64,000 nt of DNA from a virus (Duplodnaviria; Caudoviricetes): the IMG/VR virus record IMGVR_UViG_3300021091_000001, positions 32,001-96,000 of that record; one strand, written 5' to 3'. Below are positions 45,590-55,112 of the stretch, one piece after another; position 1 is the first letter of the stretch; each line of letters begins with the position of its first letter. The translations under genes were made by a program, and so were the position numbers. The notes below the pieces were generated by a model. The model did no database searches, had not been told where the DNA came from, and worked only from the letters and a program-made list of their open reading frames with translations.

Positions 45590-45809
45590 ACAGTATATAC
45601 AGGAAGAAGAGAATTTTAAATTAGTAGAAGAAGTTCCTGAGGGAACAACTACTGATGTTGTAACAGACCTTAAGTCAGGCATATATAATTTGTTTGTCAA
45701 TTTGCTAAACCATTATATAATTGACTTTGGACCAATAGAAGCCGTAAAGCTTTCTACTGGATTTTTAGATCAAATATCTAATACTTTTAAAGAAACATTA
45801 ACAGACTAA
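45573..45809 (+). CDS. Hypothetical protein
   Basis: Overlapping start. Confidence 0.65.
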   Translation: MPTENEQYIQEEENFKLVEEVPEGTTTDVVTDLKSGIYNLFVNLLNHYIIDFGPIEAVKLSTGFLDQISNTFKETLTD

Positions 45810-45824
45810 TTGGAGATAAAATAA

Positions 45825-46262
45825 ATGATTGATCCACGTAACAACGTAATATTAAGCGCTGGTATCGTAACTGATCCAGAACTTGTAGCTAACGGAAACA
45901 TTGCAAAGTTTCGCATTGCAGTAGACTTTGCTGGTTCTGAAAAGGGTGCAGGAGTATCTTCTGGATATTTCGATATTGTTTACTATCTTAAGGATGGTTC
46001 TGATTTTGCATCAAAGAATGCTTCCTTTGTCGCTAAGCAGATTGCTGAAGGCAAAATGAAGAAAGGTTCTCAGATTCAGCTTGTTGGCCGTCTTGTTCAA
46101 GAAAGATGGCAGCAAGAGGGTCAGGGTCGTTCAAAGGTTGTTGTTGTAGCAGAAGCTGTTACCTACGCGACTTCTGCATATTCAAAGTCTGATTCTAATT
46201 CCGGTTCATCTGAGGCTCCTAAGCAGGCTTCTTCTAGCTATTCAGTTCCGGATGAGTTCTGA
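45825..46262 (+). CDS. ssb: Single-stranded DNA-binding protein
   Basis: NNVILSAGIVTDPE..AKFRIAV..KGSQIQLVGRL..ERW..RSKVVVVAE; acidic tail VPDEF. Confidence 0.9.
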   Translation: MIDPRNNVILSAGIVTDPELVANGNIAKFRIAVDFAGSEKGAGVSSGYFDIVYYLKDGSDFASKNASFVAKQIAEGKMKKGSQIQLVGRLVQERWQQEGQGRSKVVVVAEAVTYATSAYSKSDSNSGSSEAPKQASSSYSVPDEF

Positions 46263-47001
46263 GGAATTTGACCCAACAATTCTTCAGGACATATTAGATG
46301 AGGCTATGTCTGTAGACAGATCCTATGGTCAACTTGGATTTATGGAGACAGACATAGTTTCTTCTATCTTTTCTGCCCTAAGCAATAAGCTTACCAATGC
46401 AGATATTTTGGAAGTAATACAGGATGCTAGAGTTTCTATTAACTCTTATAAGGTTCCAAATAAAATAACTGATCTTCATACAGTTGTTCACAACTGTAGA
46501 AAGTGTTCTTTTTCTGGACCTACTCCTGTGCTTCCAAAATGGAATCTTATTAATCCTGATGTTTTGTTTATTTTTGAGACATCTTATTTAGATCAACAAT
46601 CTACTGATTTTTTCATTAAAACTTTAAAAGAGATTGGTTTTTCTTCTTCTAATATTTGTATGACATATCTTTTGAGATGTCCTACAAGAGATGTAAATAA
46701 ACAATATATAGACAATTGTTCTCAATATTTACATAGCGAGATTCAAATTATGAATCCTAAGGTTATTGCTCCTTTAGGCAATACAGTTTTATCTTCTTTA
46801 TTTGGAACTACGTTGCAAATAAAAGATTATAAACAAAAACTTACCTGGTTTGGTAGTTGGGCAATTTATCCATTATATTCTATACCTTATATTTTGAAAT
46901 CTGGAGAACAAGCTCAGTCTTCTTTTTATGAAGATTTAGCTCAGCTTTATCAATTCTGTTACAAAAGAGGTAATTCAATTGAACTTAAAACTTCTCAATA
47001 A
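46252..47001 (+). CDS. Uracil-DNA glycosylase family 4-like
   Basis: CRKC, LRCP..CSQYLHSEIQIMNPKVIAPLG; catalytic GE.P and HP motifs appear degenerate. Confidence 0.75.
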   Translation: MSSEEFDPTILQDILDEAMSVDRSYGQLGFMETDIVSSIFSALSNKLTNADILEVIQDARVSINSYKVPNKITDLHTVVHNCRKCSFSGPTPVLPKWNLINPDVLFIFETSYLDQQSTDFFIKTLKEIGFSSSNICMTYLLRCPTRDVNKQYIDNCSQYLHSEIQIMNPKVIAPLGNTVLSSLFGTTLQIKDYKQKLTWFGSWAIYPLYSIPYILKSGEQAQSSFYEDLAQLYQFCYKRGNSIELKTSQ

Positions 47002-47359
47002 CAAAAACATTAAAGATATTACTACTCAAGAAATGGATACTTTCTATAATATTGTTGTTAACGATATTAAGAATGAAAATCAAACTTCTTCTCAAGTAAA
47101 AGACTATCTTCATGATCATGCGAATTTATGGTATTATTGTTTAGTTCTTATAAGAAGAGACATAGAGCTTCAACTCTCTTGTCAAAAGTCAAAAGTTCAA
47201 ATGCATAAAAACAATATCAAAAATAATACTTCCGAATTTCCCGAATCAGAAGTATTAGCTTACGTTAATAAACAGGAAAACTGGAGAATGACTGCAGTTA
47301 AATTTCTATCCAAGATAGAACGCAGAATGCTTTACGTAAAGATTTTAATGAAGTCATGA
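46979..47359 (+). CDS. Hypothetical helical protein
   Basis: AGAGG RBS, TTG start. Confidence 0.65.
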   Translation: MNLKLLNNKNIKDITTQEMDTFYNIVVNDIKNENQTSSQVKDYLHDHANLWYYCLVLIRRDIELQLSCQKSKVQMHKNNIKNNTSEFPESEVLAYVNKQENWRMTAVKFLSKIERRMLYVKILMKS

Positions 47360-47796
47360 CCTATTTATACTCTATAGATATACTAGATTCACTAGACTCC
47401 TCTTATTATGAGGAGGAGTCTAGTGAATTTTTAGTTTTTTATCAGCTGTATAAAGACTGGACAGTTTATGACTCTTATCAGATTCATCCTGAAATAGTTT
47501 TAACTCTTACTGAAAACTTCATAAACTTTCATGGTAAAATAGATTTTCCTGATGATATACCCATTAAAGAGGGCTATTGGACGACAGTTCCTTTGGGTAT
47601 ATTTAGGTATAGAATGCTTGCTGATGGTTCTTCTTACATTGTCGAAAATTCTTCTAAAGAAGGATATATTGTTGAGGGAATGTATTGGAGTAACGGTTTT
47701 TTCTATCGTGTTAAAGACAAAGAAAAAACAATTCAGTTAAAATTATTTGTTGATTCCACTACAAGGTATTACCATTCTTATCCTTATCCGCTATAA
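47356..47796 (+). CDS. Hypothetical protein
   Basis: ATGA overlap. Confidence 0.7.
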   Translation: MTYLYSIDILDSLDSSYYEEESSEFLVFYQLYKDWTVYDSYQIHPEIVLTLTENFINFHGKIDFPDDIPIKEGYWTTVPLGIFRYRMLADGSSYIVENSSKEGYIVEGMYWSNGFFYRVKDKEKTIQLKLFVDSTTRYYHSYPYPL

Positions 47797-47805
47797 TAAC
47801 ATTAT

Positions 47806-47877
47806 GCCTCTATAGTTAAAAGGATATAACGTGGGACTTCTAATCCCTTGTTTCAGGTTCGAGTCCTGATGGAGGCG
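47806..47877 (+). tRNA. tRNA-Arg(TCT)
   Basis: GCCTCTA/TGGAGGC acceptor, loop CT-TCT-AA, TTCGAGT T loop. Confidence 0.88.
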
Positions 47878-47903
47878 CTTATGTTACAGCATAAGGAGGA
47901 TTT

Positions 47904-48173
47904 ATGGCACATAAACGGAAGTCAATATATAGTAACTTTCCATTAGATAGTTCTTTTATACAAAGCATTTCTTGGTATGAAGACGCTAATATTCTAATGC
48001 TTTATTTTAATACCGGATCTGTTTGGTTTTATTATGATGTTCCTTTTGAAATATATTCTGCTTTTACTACTGCTCCATCTCTCGGAAGATATTTCAATGC
48101 TAACGTAAGAAATGAATATTCTTCTCAAAAACTCGCTTATCATGAACACTTTCAGGTTTTAAAATATGTCTAA
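47904..48173 (+). CDS. KTSC-domain protein
   Basis: SSFIQSISW..LYF..GSVW.YYDVP.EIY.AF..APSLGRYFN..VR. Confidence 0.85.
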   Translation: MAHKRKSIYSNFPLDSSFIQSISWYEDANILMLYFNTGSVWFYYDVPFEIYSAFTTAPSLGRYFNANVRNEYSSQKLAYHEHFQVLKYV

Positions 48174-48361
48174 AAAAAAGAAACGAAAAAATAAACATAA
48201 AACATTTAATACTAAAATAAAACAAAAGCATGTTTCTTCTCATGACATAAACCAAATTGCTAATAAAGTTTTTGGATCTACTTATTATACTTCTGTCTGA
48301 CTTTCTTCTCTCAATTAAATGTAGTATAATTTTTCTGGATCTCAATTTTTGAAGGATTAGT

Positions 48362-48973
48362 ATGACTACTATAATTGGAGTACAAGGAGAAGGTTTCAGC
48401 ATTATATGTACTGATTCAAGAATATCTTCAATCGACGAGGGCGGATTTGCCTCTCAAATTACAACCCTAGGAAGAAATACTTCTAAAGTAGCTTCCAATG
48501 GAAAGTACCTTCTTGGCGCTGCTGGAGATGTAAGAGCTATTAATATTTTACATCATGCTTTTGTTCCACCCCCACCCACTCCTGGTCTTTCTGGTTCTAA
48601 GCTTGACCATTTCTTTACCACTAAGTTTATTCCATCTCTTAGAGAATGCTTTGAAAAGCAAGGATATGCTGCTCCTGAACGAGATACCTCTGCTCACATA
48701 GCTGAACATGGTTCTACAATAATATGTTCTTTACACGGCAATATATATGTTGTGGAAGGAGATTATTCGTGGACCTCTGATGTAAATGGTTTATATGCTT
48801 TGGGAACAGGTAGCGCTTACGCATTAGGTGCAATGCAGATTCTTTTTGCTGGCTCTAAAAAAATGGATACGCCAGCAGTTGTTAAAAAACTTTGTTTAAA
48901 AGCAATAGCAGTAGCTGCAAAATTTGACCCTTATACTGGTTCTCCTTATTATTGTTATATACAGGAACAATAA
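48362..48973 (+). CDS. Proteasome beta/HslV-like Ntn threonine protease
   Basis: M-TTIIGV, TDSR, SKV, GAAG, ALGTGS, DPYTG. Confidence 0.88.
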   Translation: MTTIIGVQGEGFSIICTDSRISSIDEGGFASQITTLGRNTSKVASNGKYLLGAAGDVRAINILHHAFVPPPPTPGLSGSKLDHFFTTKFIPSLRECFEKQGYAAPERDTSAHIAEHGSTIICSLHGNIYVVEGDYSWTSDVNGLYALGTGSAYALGAMQILFAGSKKMDTPAVVKKLCLKAIAVAAKFDPYTGSPYYCYIQEQ

Positions 48974-49001
48974 CAAATTTATTTTAGAACGGCAATAGAA
49001 A

Positions 49002-49328
49002 ATGGATATTGAGATTTTAGTATGCAGCTCTTGTTCCAAGAAATGGGAAAGACACAAGACAAGAGGAAGAAAACCTCTAGTTTGCCCCGAGTGTGTTTCT
49101 CTTTCTGTTTCTAACAAGGATTCATCTTCTTCTGTTAAGCAGAAAGCTGAACCTTTCCAACAAAAACAGGTTTCTAAAAAAGATAATTCTATAAAATATC
49201 CTGCCCCTTCTCATTGGATATGCAAGTCTTGTCTTATTTCTGTTAAGATACATATACGCTTAGAATATCCACCAATACATCTTTGTAAAAAGAGACTCTC
49301 TAAAGAGTTTCCGTTAGAAATGGTATAA
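49002..49328 (+). CDS. Zinc-finger protein
   Basis: CSSC..CPEC; second C/H cluster. Confidence 0.7.
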   Translation: MDIEILVCSSCSKKWERHKTRGRKPLVCPECVSLSVSNKDSSSSVKQKAEPFQQKQVSKKDNSIKYPAPSHWICKSCLISVKIHIRLEYPPIHLCKKRLSKEFPLEMV

Positions 49329-49331
49329 CTT

Positions 49332-49739
49332 ATGATTAAATCTCAATGGACTATCGATAACGAGCATTTGCAGGAAGTAAAAAATGAAAAACAACCAGAA
49401 AAACTCATTAAAGAATCTAAAAAACATCAACAGAAAATTTCATTCAAGACTATCTCCGTTAATCAGCCTTTTACGGATTTTAGTTTCGATATTGATTCTT
49501 TCGTTAAAGGAATTCTTGCATCTACCAAAAATCCCGTCACTCTCTCCGATAAAGTTTTAAAAGAATCATTTCCATTTATCGCTGGAGCAATGGCTGTTAC
49601 TCAAGAAGATTGTATAGCTATTTGTAAACAGTACGGCGTCGATCCATCTGATGTTAAATCTATATCTGTTTCTGTATCGACAAACTCAGATGATGGAACT
49701 AATCTTCATAAAGTTACTTTTGAAAAATACGTTTACTGA
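49332..49739 (+). CDS. Hypothetical protein
   Basis: 135-aa ORF. Confidence 0.7.
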   Translation: MIKSQWTIDNEHLQEVKNEKQPEKLIKESKKHQQKISFKTISVNQPFTDFSFDIDSFVKGILASTKNPVTLSDKVLKESFPFIAGAMAVTQEDCIAICKQYGVDPSDVKSISVSVSTNSDDGTNLHKVTFEKYVY

Positions 49740-49750
49740 TATAATATTTT

Positions 49751-49966
49751 ATGGATAAAGATATTTTAGAAAAAGTTTCTACTTTGATTTCAGTTCTTTC
49801 AAATGAAGCTGATAAAAACTTTCACGATTCTATTCATATACACAATCTTTTGAATTCTACTGTCAATAATTTATCTTATCTTTTAACTCACATTGGCTAC
49901 CTAGAGTCTAAATTAGAAAATGCAATTGCAGAAATTCAAAGATTAACTCAAATATCAACCTATTAG
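49751..49966 (+). CDS. Coiled-coil hypothetical protein
   Basis: 71-aa ORF. Confidence 0.6.
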   Translation: MDKDILEKVSTLISVLSNEADKNFHDSIHIHNLLNSTVNNLSYLLTHIGYLESKLENAIAEIQRLTQISTY

Positions 49967-50123
49967 AAATTTGACATACGAAAAAGTGGAGATTATCAAC
50001 TATGGCCGTTGATCACTACGAGATGCGTCAAGCTTGTTTGCGAGCTTTAGACCATCAGACAAAGCAACAAGAAGACTTACAAAAAGAATCACAAGAAGAC
50101 TTACAAGAAGAGTTAGTGGAATA

Positions 50124-50417
50124 ATGACAAATAAAAATCAAGATCCTTCCGTTTCTAGTGAAGAGTGGGTTGCTGTTGATGTTATATTAAAAGTATCTAA
50201 TGCAAAAGAAATGACCCAATTACTTCTTTCTGTTCATGCTGCAATTCTCAAAGTTCAAAGTGAAAATATTGAACTAATGGAAGCTGACATTGTTGTAATT
50301 GACCCAGATACTTACTTACCTCGTTATGAGCGTGATGATAACGTTAAACCTAACGTAATGTATTCTACTCAAGATCCAAAAATTTTTTATAGTGTAGACG
50401 GATTTTATACAATATAA
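50124..50417 (+). CDS. Hypothetical protein
   Basis: ATG 50124 in frame with the track ORF; last + strand gene of the block. Confidence 0.6.
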   Translation: MTNKNQDPSVSSEEWVAVDVILKVSNAKEMTQLLLSVHAAILKVQSENIELMEADIVVIDPDTYLPRYERDDNVKPNVMYSTQDPKIFYSVDGFYTI

Positions 50418-50597
50418 ATCAGACAAAAAAATTTGTTCGTTCAAAATAGAATTTAAATTATTTTAAAATCCTATATAGAGTAAAATTAAGAAAAAATTTT
50501 CGAAGCCGATTTTCATTTTAGACTTTTTTCGAAAAACTGAGAATCAAAATAGTTTTTTTTAAAATTTAAAACTCTAGAGCCCCAAATCACCGCAAAA

Positions 50598-52247
50598 CTA
50601 TCTCATTACTTTAGCAGCTGTTTCTCCTGCTTGAATTAACATATCTAAAGTTTTTCTACCCATAACAGCAACTCTTCGTTTAACTTTTTCTATTGGTCTA
50701 ACTGTTTCTATTGGTCTTGATTCACTTTTCACAACCTTAGAAGCTTGTGATACTGCAGCTTTAATTGATACTCCTGTTTGTGTAGCTTTATCTAAAGATT
50801 TAGAAAGTCCTGTTCTAAAAGGAATTTGTGTCAAACCTGGAAGTCCACCAAGAGCTGAGGCATTGCGACCGAAAGTTCTTGTGGGATCAAGATATAAATC
50901 TGTATCTAATACATTTTCATAAGCTTCAAATGCTGGACCCAACATGGTGCTATCAGATAATGAACTTAAAAGAGATCTATTGTAAGCTGCAGCAGCATCT
51001 ACGCTAGCAAGATTGACCATAGCTTTAATTGGTGAACTAACAGAAACAATATCTGTAGTAATATTATCCCAATAATTGTGAGCTAATTTTTCATATCCTG
51101 TTAAATGAATAGGAACTTCTCTAGTAATCAATCCTGCTCTATTGTCCAGTTCCTGCAAGTTATTAACAATTCTGCCACCATAAGTGGAACTCGAATGAAA
51201 ACCTCTATACGAAACATATACACTTGGTTCAGCAGCATCTGCTATGGCTGATTCAGTTAAATTGGGTATCATTGATACCATTTTTAATCCGACAGACTCT
51301 GCTCTAGCTTCCTCTAAACCATGTTGGATAAGCATGTTCCCTATTGATTTTGTTAATCCTTTAACAACCGGATGGCCAACATCAATGGGTTCGCCACCAG
51401 CACGAACTAGTTCATCAATAAGATCTACACCTGATTTACCAACGGCAATTTCGGCTTTATTTTTACCTATTTGAGCTCCAGAGAGATCACCTATTTGAGC
51501 TCCAGAGAGATCACTAAGAGCATGACCAATCTCATGACCAAATAAACCCACAGCTTTTGGTAAACTAGAAACTTTAGGTCCTTGAACAACTCCAAAAGGA
51601 GAAACAACAGTACTTGCTATGCTTGTTCTTATTGATTGGGGAGTAGCAAAAATAAAACTAGATACTTCATCAGGATTAGAAATTGAAATTCCTTGTGATC
51701 TATAAAAATCAACCAATCTTTTATGAAAATCAGTACCTGGTGTAGCAGGTTGGTGATATGCTGAACCTAGTTTTGAAAAACCAGCTCCTTCAACAGTAAG
51801 AGGATCAAATACTCCTATTATTGTTGACCTGATTACATCAGAACCTCTAACAGCTTTACCAAGAGGTAGAGGTTTTGATCCTGGGTAACCATGAGGTAGA
51901 GGTTTTGATGTACGAACAATTCCAAAAGGACTAACAATAGTGTTTGGACCTTCAAATTGAAATTCTAAATTTTCAAAATCTATTTCTTTTAAAAATTGCG
52001 TAACTTCTTGAGCTATTTCAGAGGAACTTGCACCTGCTGCTGAAACACCTCTACTAACCCCTATAAAATCATCAATTGTTTGTGTAAAAGTATCTAAAAT
52101 ATCAACCGTAGATGGAATTGATGATCTAGGCTTGGGTAGAACTTCCTGAAAAGGAATTTTACGTGTTGATACTGTGCCCGTAGAAAGTTTATTATTAGCA
52201 TCTAGTTGGTTAATAAGATTATTAAGAATATTAGATATTAAACCCAT
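50598..52247 (-). CDS. Putative virion-associated protein with HExxH motif
   Basis: GHEIGHAL and a downstream EE; small tandem duplications (KPLPHGYPGSKPLP; GDLSGAQI x2). Confidence 0.7.
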   Translation of the reverse strand: MGLISNILNNLINQLDANNKLSTGTVSTRKIPFQEVLPKPRSSIPSTVDILDTFTQTIDDFIGVSRGVSAAGASSSEIAQEVTQFLKEIDFENLEFQFEGPNTIVSPFGIVRTSKPLPHGYPGSKPLPLGKAVRGSDVIRSTIIGVFDPLTVEGAGFSKLGSAYHQPATPGTDFHKRLVDFYRSQGISISNPDEVSSFIFATPQSIRTSIASTVVSPFGVVQGPKVSSLPKAVGLFGHEIGHALSDLSGAQIGDLSGAQIGKNKAEIAVGKSGVDLIDELVRAGGEPIDVGHPVVKGLTKSIGNMLIQHGLEEARAESVGLKMVSMIPNLTESAIADAAEPSVYVSYRGFHSSSTYGGRIVNNLQELDNRAGLITREVPIHLTGYEKLAHNYWDNITTDIVSVSSPIKAMVNLASVDAAAAYNRSLLSSLSDSTMLGPAFEAYENVLDTDLYLDPTRTFGRNASALGGLPGLTQIPFRTGLSKSLDKATQTGVSIKAAVSQASKVVKSESRPIETVRPIEKVKRRVAVMGRKTLDMLIQAGETAAKVMR

Positions 52248-52366
52248 TTACATGTAGCCTATCCACTCAGGAAGAAATGAAAACTTGTCTCGCAGCAGCA
52301 TGTAATATGTTTTAAAAGCAACATATAAACTTATTATATTAAAGAACACATATATCAGTTCCATTT

Positions 52367-53171
52367 TTATCCGCCAGACCCTGCGAATACAGAAACACCA
52401 TGCTTATACATAGCATATCCTCCAGCTGCTGCTCCTGCAGCCATGCCAAGACCCATTATTGCTTTTGATCCTAATCTCAATCCCCTTAATTGACCAACGT
52501 TAGCTGCTTGTCTTCGTGCCTCTGCTGCTCTTGATCCAGCTGCTCTAAATGCTACTCCAGCACCAATTCCTGCAACACCAGCAGCTCCAGCATACTTAAG
52601 ACCTGTGTTGTACTCTCCTTGATCACTTTTTCTTAAAGCTTGAGCTCCAGAAACAGCTGCTATTCCACCAGCAACAAAGCCAGCTTTTCTAAAGCCTCCT
52701 GCTTTTTGATATAGATCAGCCACTCCCTTCATCGCTTTGGCATTTCTGGACATTCCACGACCGCTCATATACATTTGTGCACCGACTCCACCAGCAATTG
52801 CAGTCATGGCAAGCTTTCCTTTAGATTTATTATATTCTCCCTGTTGGATATCTCTAATTCCAGAAAAAGCTGCCATTCCACCAGCAAGACCAATGGCACC
52901 TACAGATTTATATCTTCTCATAGCTGCAGCAGAAAGGGCTCCTGCGCTTTTTTCAGCTTTTGCAGCACTACTTGCATAGCCAGATAGGCTGGCCATTCCA
53001 CGACCCCTGGACATCAGCATTGCTCCACCAGCAAAGCTAGCAGTCGCTATACCTGCCCCAGTCATCATATTGACTGGATTGCCAGAGCTAAACTTTTGAG
53101 CTCCGATAACCTCCTCCAGCGAGCGCTAAGCCAGCGCCTGCTCCAGTTACCATACCGCCTACAGATGGCAT
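52367..53171 (-). CDS. Gly/Ala-rich membrane-active virion-type protein, interrupted by a 1-nt insertion
   Basis: AAGGAG RBS before ATG 53171; extra G near 53110; span 805 nt = 3n+1; internal QGEYN repeat. Confidence 0.65.
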
Positions 53172-53230
53172 AAAAATCTCCTTAGATACTTAATCTACAT
53201 ATATAGTACTTCAATTGCCAAAAATCTATA

Positions 53231-53239
53231 TGATATAAT
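53231..53239 (+). promoter_or_regulatory. Extended -10 promoter TGATATAAT
   Basis: Ends 8 nt before the tRNA-Gly. Confidence 0.5.
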
Positions 53240-53247
53240 CATCTCAT

Positions 53248-53320
53248 GCGGTTGTAACTTAACAGTAGAGTACGTGTGCTTCCGACCCACGGTGTGAGGG
53301 TGCAAATCCCTTCAACCGCT
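53248..53320 (+). tRNA. Atypical tRNA-Gly(TCC)
   Basis: GCGGTTG/CAACCGC + U73; loop CTTCCGA; D loop lacks GG; T loop TGCAAAT. Confidence 0.7.
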
Positions 53321-53391
53321 CTATTTTAAATTAATTAATCCTTCGAGTAAGTTACTATTATTATGTAATGTAACTTGTTTGGAGATATTTT

Positions 53392-53607
53392 ATGGCAGGC
53401 AAAAAGCCAGCAAAAAGAAATGTATCGAATACAGAAAAAGCTAAAGTAGAACTTCCCGGAAAAGCAGTTAAAGTTTATGGTTATAGTTCAAATAGCTTTG
53501 CATGTGTTGCTTGTTCAAAGTCAATAGGTAAGGGTATTATGTATGAGCACACTGATGGAAAATTATATTGTTCCAGAAATTGTATACAGAAATTAAAAAC
53601 AACATAA
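53392..53607 (+). CDS. Small zinc-finger protein
   Basis: CVAC...YCSRNC; GGAG RBS. Confidence 0.7.
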   Translation: MAGKKPAKRNVSNTEKAKVELPGKAVKVYGYSSNSFACVACSKSIGKGIMYEHTDGKLYCSRNCIQKLKTT

Positions 53608-53619
53608 GATTAATACTAT

Positions 53620-54390
53620 ATGGCAGAAAATCCTGAATTACCAATAAAAAATATAGCTGGCTCAGCAAAAGAACCTGGGTTAAAAATTCCAAAAGTCAGT
53701 GGAGACAAAGCAAAAACTCCTGAAGATATATCTACACCCGAAAGAATCCTTCTCGATTCTCTAAGACAAGAAGAAGAGCAAGAAGAAGAAGAAAGTCGTC
53801 TTAATAAAAAAGTAAAAGAAAAAGTTTCTGATTCTGTCAAAGAAAAAGCTAAAGAACTTGCTGGAATTGGTGACGAAAAGGAAGGAAAAAAAGAACTAGT
53901 AGATAGAATTATCGCTAGAGACAATGAACGAATTGCTAAAAAAGCAGCTACACAATCAGGCTTAAGAACAGATGTTGGAGTACCAACACAAAGTGTTTCA
54001 ACTGTTACTGGACAACCTCCTCCATCTCCAGCTTCTTTAATGGAAATGTCTGGACCATCAGCCAAAGCTACTGCTGATCCTGGAGCAGAAAAGATGGCTT
54101 CTAGAGCTGGAAGGGCAAGAGCAGCTGCTGGAACTAGTGATGATGCAGCAAGTAGATTTGCAAAATCAACATCGGGAGCAATTGATGAGCTCATAGGATT
54201 TGGTAAAACTTTAGCGACTGAAGTGGTCCAGGGGATGAAAAATTCTAAAAACATTAGAGCTGTAGGTCTTGCAGCATTAATGGGCACTGCGGGTTTTGCT
54301 TCTGGTAAAGCGAAAGATAGACAACAAAAAGTAAAACAAGAATTTAATAGGCAGCAAGCTATTAGACAACAATTAATGAAGGATGGATAG
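53620..54390 (+). CDS. Charged low-complexity protein
   Basis: 256 aa, Glu/Lys-rich, C-terminal amphipathic helix. Confidence 0.75.
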   Translation: MAENPELPIKNIAGSAKEPGLKIPKVSGDKAKTPEDISTPERILLDSLRQEEEQEEEESRLNKKVKEKVSDSVKEKAKELAGIGDEKEGKKELVDRIIARDNERIAKKAATQSGLRTDVGVPTQSVSTVTGQPPPSPASLMEMSGPSAKATADPGAEKMASRAGRARAAAGTSDDAASRFAKSTSGAIDELIGFGKTLATEVVQGMKNSKNIRAVGLAALMGTAGFASGKAKDRQQKVKQEFNRQQAIRQQLMKDG

Positions 54391-54712
54391 CGTGATAATT
54401 GACACATGGTTAGCTGATTTTCTAGAGGAAATGGAAAAGAAACTTCCTCCTGCAGAACAAGAGTATGTTAACGCAATGTTAACTATTGTCTCAAAGTACG
54501 GTAAGCTTTCCAATGGCGATGGCAATGGTATCTGGGTGGGTTATGTTCCTGGTATTGAGAATGATAATCTTCCTATTGGCGTTAAATGTGGCAACTGTGC
54601 TTTATATGAGGGTAATGGTGTCTGCAAGATTGTGGCTCAAACCGTAGAGGACAATGGATATTGTCGACTTGCCGCGATTCCAGATGGAGTTGTAAAGAGG
54701 TATGGAAAGTGA
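54383..54712 (+). CDS. HiPIP-like 4-Cys protein, paralog 1
   Basis: CGNCALY..GVCKIV..VEDNGYC. Confidence 0.6.
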   Translation: MDSVIIDTWLADFLEEMEKKLPPAEQEYVNAMLTIVSKYGKLSNGDGNGIWVGYVPGIENDNLPIGVKCGNCALYEGNGVCKIVAQTVEDNGYCRLAAIPDGVVKRYGK

Positions 54713-55089
54713 TCAGAAACTATTGGCTGTCTGAGTATGTATCTCCAGATGATGAAGAGATGCCAGATGAGGAAATGCCTGAGGAAGAACCAAAAGACGA
54801 GGAAGAGGATCCAGATGATCCTGAAACAAAACTAAATCCCCGTCAAAAAATGATGTACGAACACTACGAGTCATGCGTAGAAATGCATGGCAAGTATGAT
54901 CAAACAGCTCTAGGTAATGGTGCGCATTATGCGCCAGCTGCTAAAAATCCTTTTATTAAAGAAGGATTAGTTTGTTCAAACTGCGTGTTTTTTATGGGCG
55001 GACAAGGCTGTAAAATAGTCGCTGGCAAAATAGAAGCCAACGCTATTTGCAAGCTTTGGATTATTCCTCAGGATCTTATTAAGAAATAG
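54709..55089 (+). CDS. HiPIP-like 4-Cys protein, paralog 2, acidic N-terminus
   Basis: CSNCVFF..GCKIVAGKIEANAICKLW; GTG start overlaps the upstream stop. Confidence 0.6.
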   Translation: MIRNYWLSEYVSPDDEEMPDEEMPEEEPKDEEEDPDDPETKLNPRQKMMYEHYESCVEMHGKYDQTALGNGAHYAPAAKNPFIKEGLVCSNCVFFMGGQGCKIVAGKIEANAICKLWIIPQDLIKK

Positions 55090-55112
55090 TAATTAGACTT
55101 CTTCAAAAAATC

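Noticed and set aside
53616-54407. 263-aa minus-strand ORF
   Set aside because: Mirror of the Glu/Lys-rich + strand gene; Ser/Leu/Phe-rich composition typical of antisense frames
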